DNA of 63,572 bases, counting the filler, from Octopus bimaculoides (lineage: Eukaryota), in assembly GCF_001194135.2 (NCBI RefSeq). It is 10 parts of 10 records of this genome, joined end to end, with 100 filler letters (N's around TTAATTAATTAA, not from the genome) between each part and the next. Parts side by side here need not be neighbours in the genome. Positions count along the whole stretch, not along the records: positions 27,550 to 38,546 come from NW_026337437.1; positions 38,647 to 54,800 come from NC_068999.1; 8 more parts are not named here. One strand, 5' to 3'. This document shows positions 37,289 through 49,522 of the stretch, in pieces; position 1 is the first letter of the stretch, and the number at the start of each line of letters is the position of its first letter. The translations under genes and the position numbers were made by a program. Below the pieces are notes generated by a model. It worked only from the letters and a program-made list of their open reading frames with translations, did not search any database and was not told where the DNA came from.

Positions 37289-37721
37289 ATGGTCAAAGTC
37301 AATATAGAAAGAAAGGTCCCATGACGCAAGATTTGTTTCAAAATACGAACTGAAATCAAGAGCCTTGCAAACCAAATGCAAAAATGTTCAGGGTGAATAT
37401 AGGAAGAAAGGTTATCTCCCCTGGACTGTGTTGCTACTTATAGCTTTCGTAATTAACGTCTAATGAAGTCGATAACAATAGAATAGCTATGGAAATTACC
37501 AATTCAAAGAAAATATAGATATAGTAAGTGCGTATTGCGATGAAATATATCGTGATATTTACGTAACAATTTTCTTACATGTAACGTTATATATATAATG
37601 TTATATATGTTGTAAATTAGATGACAGAAAGGTAAATTAAACAATACATGTTAGATAACTAAGTAATTAATTCGAAAGTAAGAGTAATTATATAGGTAAA
37701 TTTAAGAGCAGTTAATTACGT

Positions 37722-37816
37722 GCCTCGGTAGCGCAGTAGGCAGCGCGTCAGTCTCATAATCAAGTCAAATCTGTAGAGGAATCTGAAGGTCGTGAGTTCG
37801 ATCCTCACCTGGGGCA
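37722..37816 (+). tRNA. Elongator tRNA-Met(CAT) with canonical 22-nt intron (37759-37780)
   Basis: Spliced 73-mer GCCTCGGTAGCGCAGTAGGCAGCGCGTCAGTCTCATA|ATCTGAAGGTCGTGAGTTCGATCCTCACCTGGGGCA folds into a full cloverleaf and closely matches the animal tRNA-Met(e) sequence as I recall it. G1-C72 and a TTC T-loop indicate elongator, not initiator. The intron lies one base 3' of the anticodon. Confidence 0.93.
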
Positions 37817-37828
37817 CATCATTTAAAA

Positions 37829-37833
37829 TTTTT
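37829..37833 (+). terminator. RNA polymerase III terminator (T5)
   Basis: TTTTT 12 nt downstream of the tRNA discriminator base. Confidence 0.7.
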
Positions 37834-38257
37834 ATTTTGAATAAAGCTTATTTTCTTATGCCATAGAGAGTTCGTTTTATAAATGGAGATATTTACCAGA
37901 AATTCCCCGACCATATATATGAAAGACTGGGAGGAATTGTCAATTACTTGTACACTTCTTAGAGAAGAACGATTACAAAATACTCTTTGGCTGTGTGATT
38001 GTGATTGTACTCCCACAGGCTTGAGGACCGGCGCTGATTTGTTTAAGTCTTCTGTAACGTAGTTGTTTGACAAAAGAACCAACAAAATAGGTACCAAGAT
38101 TAAAAGTTGAGTATTAGGATCAATTTGTTCGGCAAAACTCTTCAAAACGGTGCTCCAGCATGGCTGCAGTCCGAAGACTATATAGATTAAATGAAAAGGT
38201 AATTAGTTAGAATGTCATCGTAGTCATATAGAGAAATTTAGGAGCAGCCTGTCGGTT

Positions 38258-38351
38258 ACCTCGGTACCTAGTAGGCGGTGCGTTAGTCTCATGATCAAGC
38301 AGTTTGTGTTGAGGAACCTGAAAATCTTGAGTTCGATCCTCAACCGGAGCA
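38258..38351 (+). pseudogene. Intron-containing tRNA-Met pseudogene
   Basis: Collinear with 37722-37816; CAT anticodon and 22-nt intron (38294-38315) retained, D-arm and acceptor stem disrupted. Confidence 0.85.
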
Positions 38352-38662
38352 CGTCTTTTAAAATTTTTGTTTGAGTATATTCATCTTCTGACGTTACACA
38401 AAGTTTTATACGGGAGGAATGATATTTATCAGAAATCTCCCAGCTATTTATATGAACTATTAGAAGAAATAGTCAACCCCCTAAGGAGTTCGTATAAGAG
38501 ACTGTTACAAGATACTCTATGATATATATATATATATATATATATANNNNNNNNNNNNNNNNNNNNNNNNNNNNNNNNNNNNNNNNNNNNTTAATTAATT
38601 AANNNNNNNNNNNNNNNNNNNNNNNNNNNNNNNNNNNNNNNNNNNNGTGTGTGTGTGTATGT

Positions 38663-38880
38663 AGGGCGGGGAGCTGGCAGAATCGTTAGCACGCCGGGCG
38701 AAATGCTTAGCGGTATTTCGTCTGCCGTTACGTTCTGAGTTCAAATTCCGCCGAGGTTGACTTTGCCTGTCATCCTTTCGGGGTCGATTAAATAAGTACC
38801 AGTTTCACACTGAGGGCGATGTAATCGACTTAATCTCTTTATCCGTTCTATGTTTAGCGCCCTGTGGACAGTAAATAAAT
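38663..38880 (+). mobile_element. Family M SINE monomer (first-monomer-type tail)
   Basis: Well-preserved head, B-box and core; tail TTTAGCGCCCTGTGGACAGTAAATAAAT. Confidence 0.9.
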
Positions 38881-39265
38881 GTATGTGTGTATGTGTGTAT
38901 GTGTTATAATTAAGAACAAACAGTAAAAGATTGTCATTATAGTACTCGGAGTTTCGAATGTCGGAGCGAAGAGCTACGATGCATTCTCGTCGGCTAATAT
39001 CAATAGCAACAGACGCTATGAAAGACCGTTCAAAAAAAGGGAAGTTACTCTAATTGGTAGAAAAAGAAAATAAGAAAAAAGATTTTAAAATACACGCAAC
39101 CATATTCTCACAATACATATACATAAACCTCTTGCGTTCACAACGTCTACATACGTTCACACTCACACAAACATGTATACGTACATGCACATTCACACAC
39201 ACAAACATATATGTATGTACGTACTCATACAAATACACATATCCACACACACACATGCACACATG

Positions 39266-39334
<69 letters not shown>

Positions 39335-40263
39335 AAAGCTTCTATTAAATAGTTGCTATTAATCGGTTGGGGAGTTTATCCACCAGAAAAATCTAATATG
39401 TTCTACACTTTCATAACAAACATCTGCAGTTTTTCAACGTGTTCTGTAGTATTCTACTTTGTTCTCCCAATGTTCTACTGTACACTACAATCTTATACTC
39501 TCTCATGTAGTATTTTACGATATTCTGTGTAGCTATGCAGTATTCTGCAGTGTTTCTACTGCGCCTTACTATGCTAAACAATATTATACGTGGTGTCCTT
39601 TGGTGTTTGTTATAGCTTTGTTGATTGCTTGCATTAGTTACGGCTCACAGGTAGATAGGATTTGATAAATGTGTTTGCGAAAATGCGCGAAGAAAATAAA
39701 GGAAACAGAGAAATAAAAGATGAAGGGAAAATAAAAAGGAGAGATAGAAAGATATTCAAAAGATGGTGATAGCAGAGAGAAACAGAGCGAAAAAAATTGA
39801 GAAAGAAAGAGAAAAGTGGTGGAAAGAAGAAAGAACAAAAATATGAGGAAGACTAAATGGTAGATGTAGATTAAAAGGAAAACTACAAAACGGTTAAACA
39901 GTAAAAATGAGTGACGCGCGTATGTGAGTATCAGAGTGAGAGAGTGAAGGAGGAAGAAAATAAAACAGGGTGGTGGAGCAGGAATTTATGCATAAAGTAG
40001 ATAATACCATAAATGAAATGCACTTTTTTAAATCGGTCAATCGATAGGAAAATGGCGCGAAAGTACAATTCGATTAGCGAAGATGGGTAGGATTAGGTGG
40101 AAGATGCAACATGAATTGTTTAATTGGTGCTATATGAAGTCATGCATATTCTCAAGTGCAAGCAAATTCATCCCCACAAACTCATATAATCATAGTATAT
40201 ATGTTATATGTATTTATGTGTGATAGCGGAGTGTGTGTGTGTACACGTACTTTCATGTGAACG

Positions 40264-40299
<36 letters not shown>

Positions 40300-40499
40300 N
40301 NNNNNNNNNNNNNNNNNNNNNNNNNNNNNNNNNNNNNNNNNNNNNNNNNNNNNNNNNNNNNNNNNNNNNNNNNNNNNNNNNNNNNNNNNNNNNNNNNNNG
40401 AAGAAGAAGAAGAAGAAAGAACTCTTAAATGGTCAAGTGACCTGTTATGGTTACAGTGGTAGTGAATGGAATTGTCCTGTTCTGGATATATCGTTTTTA

Positions 40500-41210
40500 A
40501 TATTTGTGTGGGTATTATTCTAAGGTCCTTGTAGTAGTGTCATTTGTGGTGGAGGCATTCAAAAGGGATTTATATTTTGCAATAAAATATGACCCTTTGC
40601 TAATTCGTTGATTATAGGTTGCATCGTCCCTGAATTTATAGAGGGGAAAATTCTTAAGTTAGGTTCTTCATTAGTGACGCAAATGTTGATGTGTTCGCCG
40701 AGTGCTATTTTTCTGTATTCCCGTATTTTAATCTGGGATCTATGCAGTGCCATCCTTTGGCGTAGACTGTTTTTGATTTGGCCTATGTATTGCTCTCGAT
40801 GCCCTGAGCAAGTTAACACATATATTAGGTATTCCGAAGCACATGTGAAGTTGAAGTTGTTTTTCACTGTAAAACGTTGACTCTGTTTGAAAGAGAACTC
40901 CGATCCCTCAATTAGGTTGACGCATATACCTCAGTTAGGTCTTCCGCATTTTTTTTACTGACAGTCTCAGTGTTGTCGCCGAGTGTACTTTGGCTTGTAT
41001 TAGGAGACTTTTCATAGATTTGGGTTGTCTTTTGCTTTTTACGATGGTGTGCATTTGGAGGATTAATTTCATTCTGTGGCCCCTTTTTAGCGGAGGAATG
41101 TTCTGGAGGATGGTGTCGGATGCTTCATTGTTTAGGGGTTGTGTATGGAGGTGTATGGTAGGGCCTTTGGTTGTAAATCCTCCTTTAGTTTGGGATGTGT
41201 GAGTTCGTGG
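40500..41210 (-). mobile_element. Penelope-like element 3' part, related to 26037-27000
   Basis: KKCGRPN Cys motif; YLIYVLTCSGHREQYIGQIKNSLRQRMALH (ORF 40559-40867). Confidence 0.88.
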
Positions 41211-41454
41211 ATGTTGAGTTGTAGGGCACGTTGAAAGCCTATATAAATTAGTGATGGTGGGTAGTTCCTGGTGATGAGGATATCCTTTGGCTCATGTAGT
41301 CGTGTGACCCTGGTATTTGTATTAGAATGTATCAGAATGTATTAGAATGTATTAGAATGGCCACTTGACCATTTCAGAGCACTTCACCATCAACCTACTA
41401 CTGTCATACCACTCCCGTATTTTTCTTATTCTTTCTCTTCTTTTCCTACTCCCT

Positions 41455-41525
41455 CTTCTTCTTCTTCTTCTTCTTCTTCTTCTTCTTCTTCTTCTTCTTC
41501 TTCTTCTTCTTCTTCTTCTTCTTCT
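41455..41525. repeat. (CTT)n microsatellite
   Basis: Direct inspection. Confidence 0.97.
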
Positions 41526-41529
41526 CCAG

Positions 41530-41810
41530 TATCGTTATGCTGTTGATTGGAGATATTGTGTCAACTGTCTGTCAAGTCACAAAAATAGATAGTACTTTAC
41601 GCAATTTTCGTGCAATTCGAAGTAATGCCGATTTTTGCAAAGCACTTAGATCGCAGGGTATTTCTAAAGTTTTCAGATGTTTCTTCAGGCTGGGAGGTTT
41701 GAACCCAGTGTTCCGACGACAATAGGGATAAACTTTATGTTTGACTTTCGTATCTGCCACATCTTAGTGAACTCAATTCTCAAATCTCCATCTTATAGTT
41801 ACTTTTTTAA
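41530..41810 (-). mobile_element. R4/Dong-like non-LTR element, extreme 3' end (copy 1)
   Basis: LKKHLKTLEIPCDLSALQKSALLRIARKLRKVLS plus a short 3' UTR; paralogous to 41826-42280. Confidence 0.75.
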
Positions 41811-41825
41811 GATGTCACATAGTAT

Positions 41826-42280
41826 CCAATATCGTGATGCTATTGATTGAAGATATTGTGTCTACCAGGGGTTTGTATTGTCTGTCAGTCACAAGGACCT
41901 CAGGACTTCGGACAGACAGCACTTTACACAATATACGCGCTGTTCCAAGTAATGACGATTTTTGTAAGACACCTAGATCGTAGGATATTTCTAAAGTTTG
42001 CAGATGTTTTTTTTCAGATTTGTTGGTATTGAACCCAATGCTCCGATGACAATAGGGATAACCTTTATATTCGACTCTCATAGCCACCACATCTTAGCGA
42101 TCTCATTTCTCAGGTATCCATATAATCAACTTTTTCTCTTACTTTCATGATGATATGTTGATCTCCTGGCTCTGCTACATCGATTATTAGGCACCCTTGT
42201 TTGTCGTTCCTAAAGGTTACTATATCCGGCCTTTGGTGTTCTATTATTTGCTTTGCAATAGTCAACCCATAACATGCTCA
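41826..42280 (-). mobile_element. R4/Dong-like non-LTR element 3' end with restriction-like endonuclease motif (copy 2)
   Basis: IIEHQRPDIV...CLIIDVAEPGD....K.REK..Y (PD-(D/E)xK RLE pattern), then LQKSSLLGTARILCKVLS. Confidence 0.85.
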
Positions 42281-42501
42281 AGGTCAAAGTTGGTAACAAA
42301 ACGAATGTTCCTCAGCGTTCAAAGAATATTTTCTCAACGTTCGCCACCTTAACCCGTCTGGCTTAGCAGCCCTCACTATTTGTTTCACTATCCTGTTTTT
42401 GCTACCAACTTTGACTCTCCTCAAAATCCCAAATTTTAGTTTGGTTTGCGAGAGCAACTGTTTTCTCGAAGGCACATATTGTCGTGAATTTCTCGAAATG
42501 T

Positions 42502-42688
42502 GGAGTAGATAAACAGCCAACAACTGATGAAGGGCCGTTCTTTATGTTACTTGTCTTGTTTTCCATTTGTTTCTCTCGTTGTTCACAAAAAAAGTTTGCC
42601 TTCGTGTTTTATGTTGTTTTTCGTATTTCGGATTTCATGTTTTCGTATTCCATGTTGTTTATGCTTTGTGACGTCCATATATATATAC

Positions 42689-42720
<32 letters not shown>

Positions 42721-42872
42721 GCATATATGGGTACAGGACGTCACCAACAGTATACAACATGAAATACGAAAACAAATGACTTCAATACGCAAACAGCGAG
42801 AGAAACAAATGGAAACAGGCCAAGTAACACAAAGAACGACCCTTCATCAGTTGTTGGCTGTCTACCTACTCC
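42502..42872. repeat. Long inverted repeat around a (TA)-rich centre
   Basis: 42502-42676 and 42736-42872 are reverse-complementary (GGAGTAG.TA.ACAGCCAACAACTGATGAAGGG...GTGACGTCC). No assembly gap inside. Confidence 0.92.
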
Positions 42873-42897
42873 TCATTTTGAGCATTGAACGACAATG

Positions 42898-43557
42898 AAG
42901 GCGCGTGGATTAGTCGTTAACAATCGTAAGGTTTATTTCACGTTGCTTCAGTCCACGCAGCTGGTAAAAATGAGTAATACTTGCATTTCAAAGAGTCAGC
43001 CTTGTTACATTCTGTATCACACTGAATCTCTTCGAGAACTACGTTAAGTGAATTCATGTCTGTGGAGTATTCAGCCACTTGCATGTTGATTTCATGATTT
43101 GATCGGATCAGCTGGAACCTGGGCCCGATCAAGACCCATAGAGGCCCTAAGCACTTAAAAGGTTTTGGTGCACCCATATATATGCAATTCAAAATATAAA
43201 CAATAATAGACCATAAAATAAATTCATATTTTTCAAAATGAAATAGGAGCAACTGTAAGATGGAAAATAATGTTTATTTTTATATACGACCAAGTCCTAT
43301 ATTTCAAAAGCTTTCTCTGACTTGTTTTAATAGCAAAGTCTTTGATCAGATCTTCACTATAGTACCATAAACACTTCGAAATTATATTTCCAATCACATA
43401 AACCACTTTGAATATTATTTTAGCAAGTTTAAAGTACCGTAAACCAATTACCATTTCTGTAGTGCTCTTCCCCTTGATGCCCTAAGCACGTGATAATTTT
43501 GCTATATGGTTAATCCAGCACTGGCTGAAGCCCCATTGTCGTAACCGACGTAATACC
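42898..43557 (+). mobile_element. SINE with family N 3' module and a different head, split by a hAT MITE
   Basis: GAGAACTACGTTAAG...CAGCCACTTGCA...GATCGGATCAGCTGGAAC resumes after 43523 as ...GTCGTAACCGACG. Confidence 0.8.
43119..43523. mobile_element. hAT-type MITE, inverted homologue of 35056-35505
   Basis: Shared subterminal CCTAAGCACTTAAAAGGTTTTGGTGC and end GGTTAATCCAGCACTG; flanks GCTGGAAC / GCTGAAGC (6 of 8 match). Confidence 0.88.
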
Positions 43558-43800
43558 AGTCTTTATATACATCATTATACATCATTGTAAGTTTATGCGT
43601 ATAACTGGTGTTTTTTTAGACGACAAAAATTCAAACTACAAGTCAGATTTTGCTGTGTAAAGGAGGGTTAGACGTCGACATTCGGAATAACGGCGTAAAT
43701 GGCTCCAACCGTGTACATTATATTGTAAAACATGTAATTAGTACTCTTTTTCAGCTTCGTTATAATCAAGGTGTGTGTTTGAGTAAGTGTGTGTTTGAGT

Positions 43801-43851
<51 letters not shown>

Positions 43852-44382
43852 GTGTGTGCGTGCGTACGAGTGTGCATATATATGTTATGTATACCTATAT
43901 ATGTATGTATTTATTTGCGCATATATCCATGTGTGTATGTCTGTGTGTGCGCGCACAAACACATACATACATGAACGTAGGCATATAGATAACAAGCTAT
44001 TTACATTTTATTCATTTCTTTATAATTGTCCTGAATATTACTCGAGTATTTGTTTTATCATAAATTAAGGCAAAGAATAAAGGTTCAAGGTAAAGCTAAA
44101 AGAGAATCGCACATATTTTCTTCTCCCTCACTACCCCCCCCACGACCGTCCTCCACCAACTACACTCACCCCACAACACTTCCTCCATCTCTGCTCCACT
44201 AAAATACTTTAGTATTACACCTCACTCTTTACTCACCCACGCTATGCTAAGCATGAGAAGATAAACACGATTAAATCGATTTTCAAAAAACATTCGTTTT
44301 TAAAAATTCGTTTTTCATGTTCTATCTTGCGATATTTTTTATAAATCGCTTACAGAAACAACAAAATATCACTTCAAAAGAA

Positions 44383-44599
44383 CTACTACTACTACTACTA
44401 CCATCACCACCACCACCAACAACAACAACACCACCACCAAAACCACTATCACCACTACTACTACTACTAAGAAGAAGAAGAAGAACAACAACAACAACAA
44501 CAAATTTGCTACAGTTGCTGTTGTTGTTATTGCTGCTGATGATGATGATTACGATGACGACGATGATGACGATGACTATGATGATGATGATGTTGATGA

Positions 44600-44632
<33 letters not shown>

Positions 44633-44655
44633 TGATGATGATGATGATGATGATG
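44383..44655. repeat. Mosaic trinucleotide microsatellite (ACT, CAC, ACA, GAA, GAT, GAC)
   Basis: Direct inspection. Confidence 0.95.
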
Positions 44656-44869
44656 CCTTTGATAGAGAAGTGATGTGGATACAGAATCAATGGCAAGAAA
44701 TTACTATCATTTACACACTCGACTGTCAGTTGAAATGTCTTTGTTGCTAGTGTCTCTTTCCGTAGAAATTTATATCGTTGATAGAATGCCGAAGTTTGGC
44801 CTCACAGATATTAGGATTCGGTTCCTTATAATGTGACTTACAGAGCTATTAGCACATCAGAACTCATCA

Positions 44870-45466
44870 GGCTTGCTTATTTGCGAGCCTGAGGATTTCT
44901 TGAACATTGCAGATCTTCATGGGAAAGAAGCAGCCATCAGCAACCATCGATTACATCGACATAAAAGGGAAGATATAAAATCGTCCATTCATGAAATGAA
45001 CTCGAACTCAGCAAGATGTAAGAATACTCTCACAAAACCACTGCAGATACTTTTTCGAAGTTTGACTGCGTGTGGTAAGTTTTTCAAAATGTTAAAAGAA
45101 TGTATATTATGCCCTGCTTATACAAGAGGGATCAGATGCTAAAAATTATAGGCCTACCTTCATGACTTCACACGTTAGCAAGGTCATAGCACACATTATC
45201 AGAAGGAGGCTGATCACACACGCTACATGACTTCCGTCTAAGGAGCTGTTGCTTTACACAGCTACTACAGCATTATGGCTGGGTACTGAACCAACAGCTG
45301 AACCACTCAAATATAGATGTGATATATCTCGACTTTGCCAAGACCTTCGACAAATTTGATCATGGGTTGATATGTTATAAACTGCGTGATCCTGGTATCG
45401 CTGGAAAACTAAGAAAGTGGTTGCATGACTTTTTAAAAGATATAAGTCATACAGTTGCAGCCAATG

Positions 45467-45517
<51 letters not shown>

Positions 45518-45563
45518 NNNNNNNNNNNNNNNNNNNNNNNNNNNNNNNNNNNNNNNNNNNNNN

Positions 45564-45618
<55 letters not shown>

Positions 45619-46550
45619 AGACATCAGTTTTCAGCGGAGTCCTTTAAGGAACTGTATTAAGACCACTATTGTTTGTGGAGGCTCTCTCAAACATGCCCTC
45701 AGCCATACTGTCAAACACTCTCACCAGTTATGCTGGCGATACAAAAGTATCACAAGCACTCAAGGACGTTGATAACATCCTAATGCTGCAGAAAGACCTG
45801 AATTCAATATTCAAGTGAGCTGAAAAAATAACATGCAGCTCAATGCTGAGTAGTTTCAAGCACTCCATTATCTATCGGTCCACAAGTGCAGATATAAATA
45901 TACAGGACCGGGGTAGTGTAGTCCTAGAGCCAGAGTTGGTTCATGACCTGAAATCTACAGGAGTAATGATATAATATTAGGAACAAGGAAAATGGATACC
46001 ATGTTACTCATATTGATAACATTCGTTTTCAGTCGTCTGGTTTACTGCTCTCAAATGTGGTCACCACAGAGCACCAAACTGGTGGCAGAACTCGAAGCAA
46101 TCTTCGTCACTACACAAAGATTGAATCGGTGCAACAGATGAGCTAATGGGAGAGGCTAAAGGAACTAAAGCTCTACTCCCTAGAGAGAAGATACGAAAGA
46201 CATGCAGTGGTATATATATGGAAGATTCTGCACGTTCTAGTTCCCAACTTTGGAATTGAAAGCTATACCAACCATTGAACTGTACGGCCCTGCATAATAT
46301 CAAAGCTCCCGTCTTCTCCATCTAGAATAAAGACCCGGTATTGTAACAGTTTGGATTTCAAGGGCCCAGAACTATTCAATATTCTACCAAACAACATCAG
46401 GGATTTATGAAGTGTAGATGTGAAGGCCTTCAAAACTTTTTAACTCGCTACTTCACCCAAAATAATCGAAACTACACCAAAAGGCAATGCCGCAGTAACT
46501 CCTCAACCTCTGGCTGAAAAAGAGTATAAGATAAAGGATAAAATATAAAG
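44870..46550 (+). mobile_element. Decayed CR1/L2-group LINE (RT to 3' end), interrupted by (CT)n and a gap
   Basis: KNYRP, IYLDFAKTFDKFDHG, GTVLRPLLF, YAGDTK (YADD), LERR and GFQGPELFNILP. Same C-terminus type as 3600-4036. Confidence 0.9.
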
Positions 46551-46859
46551 GAAAAGATATCGGAAAAGAAAGACGCTTGACCTCATTATTGTACTGTAAT
46601 AATTCCCTAACCCGTCATACTACTGTAATATACTCTTGGTAAAATGCAAAAGTTACAGTGTTTCTAGTAGCAGTAAAGTTAGGTTAGTACGAAGTGTGTT
46701 TGCCAGTAAATCTCAATGATCGTCCAATTTTCAACATCCAACCAAATCCTTTGAACAGTAGACAGAATTGCAGTCGAAAATGGACTGTCTCAAGGATTAA
46801 GGATCTTATTTATTTAATTGGTCTTTTCTTCGTCGATTCCAAAGGATGAGAAATTTTTA

Positions 46860-47070
46860 GCCGGTCATATTGGCCAAAATTCTACCTGTTATATATTCAA
46901 ACCGGTCAGTTTTGGTCTTTCACACTTACCCTACAATTGTCATTCTAAATATACGCAAGCACACCATTGAAATTTCAAAGTTACGAGATGATGCATGATT
47001 AATTCAAAACAATGATGGGAATAAATAAACATTACATTTGACAGGGTAATCTGAATGCTAAAAGAGTTAA
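46860..47070. mobile_element. Partial piggyBac-type MITE
   Basis: Right end GGGTAATCTGAATGCTAAAAGAG followed by TTAA (47067-70). Left TIR not recognisable. Confidence 0.5.
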
Positions 47071-48876
47071 TGCTATATTCACTACAAAATATATTTTGAG
47101 AGTTTTAGATACCCTTTGAATATATTCTATAGTACGACATAGCTTTGAAATAAAACGCTGTAAATGTAGCAGTGATTTATAAATGAATTGCAAGAATAGA
47201 ATTCCGCATTTTAAATGCTAGGTTCGAAATTATTGGTTTTTCACATTACATTATAAATATTGGTTTAAGTGGCGAACATAGGAATAAACTTTGTTTATTT
47301 TGTTCATTAGAGCATTGTTACACACACACACGTATGTATGCATGTATGTATGTATGTATGTATGTATGTAAGATTACTCGGCGATTCAAAAATGGATCTG
47401 ATACAAGAATTAGCGTAAATTGTTGGCGTAATTGTGAAAATGTTTTTAAGTATTCTGTATTTATGTTTGAACAAATATAGCAACAGTTTAAAATAGCCAT
47501 CATAATCAATGGAAAATTAATACATAACGAAAACGATAACACGGTTTTCTAAAAAATGTTAGTGTACTAATCTATTTATTCACTGCACATATTCTGTCTA
47601 CTGGGTGCTAATTTGGTAACTTCCGGTTTTCATTTTTGAGATTTCCGATTTTCATATTGTCTGGTTAACTTTCATCATTGTGACTTCCTCTTCCTTATTT
47701 CATATATTTAAAACAGTCTCATCAAACACAAACTATGGCTTTTGTCTAAGAAACGATTTGTAGTCACAATAAAAGGTACCAAAAGTCTCAACGACAGAAT
47801 CAGACAGCATGTCTATGCTAATTAATGAATGTAACTGAAGATTTTTAATTCTATGAGAATTTCCAATATTTAAAACAAACAGCCTATACAGACATTTTGC
47901 AAGAGTCGAAATATGTTTTTGTGTGTGTATCTAATGCGTACACGAGTTACTGTATGTGTGTGTTTCTGCCTGCAAATATGCTTTCTTTTGTTTTAAAATT
48001 AAAAATAATATCTTGTGTGAAAGGGAATATCATCATGGTTTAAATTATTTGATAAAAAGTGAACGCAAACCATAATACACACTCTCATACACACTTGCGC
48101 TCACACTCCCATCTCACACACACATACATTCACACACACATACACTCACACGTACATACACTCACAAACATGGTACGACTGAGATTAAAAAGAAAAGGCT
48201 AATGAAGAAGAATGTCCATCACACTCTTGAATAATCAAACGAATTATCAAAATACAAATATGTTCAAACAGATGTGTGCGCGCACGTACACCTATATATG
48301 AGTGTGTGTTTGATGTATGTAGTGTGGTTTTGAGTGAAAGACTTTAAAATGTAATACAAAATGTTCACGAGGGAATCGCATACATTTCTCTTTTACAAGG
48401 CATTATAATAATATTATCGACCCTTCAAAGGTACTAAAATGACAGAACAGTGGATATAATACCTTGACATATTTAAGTTTTATCGTCCTAATTTCAAACT
48501 CGATGGAGGTCTACCCTACATTTTATTCTTCTAAGACTTAATACCATTAGTACAATTGAATTACTGGTTGTGACTGTTCCCAGTCCTCATTACATTAAAA
48601 TAAATATTAGAAAGTATGTAGGAAAGTTTCTAAAAAGACGTTTCGTTGTTTTCAGCAACAAACTATAATATAGCACATATCAGCGAAATCTACATCTCAT
48701 TACACTGAACCGCTTCATGTGGCCTGGAGAGGTTTCTTCTGCAATATGGGATGCATTCGATTCCATTATATCGTTCCCCACCCACTAGGGAGCAGTGTAG
48801 GAGTAGGCCGAAACGATTGTTGTCCTAAATAAAGCTTCCAGTACACTCAGTCGTTCGTATTAATCAATCATTTAGG

Positions 48877-48911
<35 letters not shown>

Positions 48912-49522
48912 GTTGGATCGAAAGTTTTTGGGGATTTTCACTGATGAATTTCGGAAACGTGTTGGTACAACTTGTGGTCCAATCGTTGCTGAATTGTATA
49001 TGTTTTCCCAGCTTGATAATGAGTGATGGAAAAATTGTAATTTGAGCCATTTTACGTTACCTGTGTAAAAAAAAAAGACTGAGTGCGAGGGCTACAGTAG
49101 AAATTAATGATGTGGAAGACTAGGAACTGTAAACGACGAACGGAATGTACATAATTCCTCATCTCTTTAATATAGAACGAGTTCTTTTGTTTTGTTAAAG
49201 ATAGATTAGCACTGAATGTTTAAAGCCAAGCAAAACCAAACACCCTGTTAAAGGCAACGCAGTATTCTTGACACTATGAGTGTCATGTCGTACAAATTCT
49301 ACCCAGAAGGCAATATTGGAATATCAAATATTTGATGTTCTGTAAGAATATTTGTAATATCGGAAGCAACGGGAGACACTCGGCTATATTACTCTAGAAT
49401 TATATTTCTTAACTTTGAGCCTATTACAGTCATCCAGCTGTTGAAAATGATTGTAAATACATGTTTATGTATTTACAAGATTCCAGATGTGAAATCGTGT
49501 GTTGAAACAGATATTGTTATAT

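Noticed and set aside
48785-48975. Hammerhead-like fragments GGCCGAAACGATTGT and CTGATGAATTTCGGAAACGTG
   Set aside because: The first lacks the core box. The second lacks a workable helix I and II.
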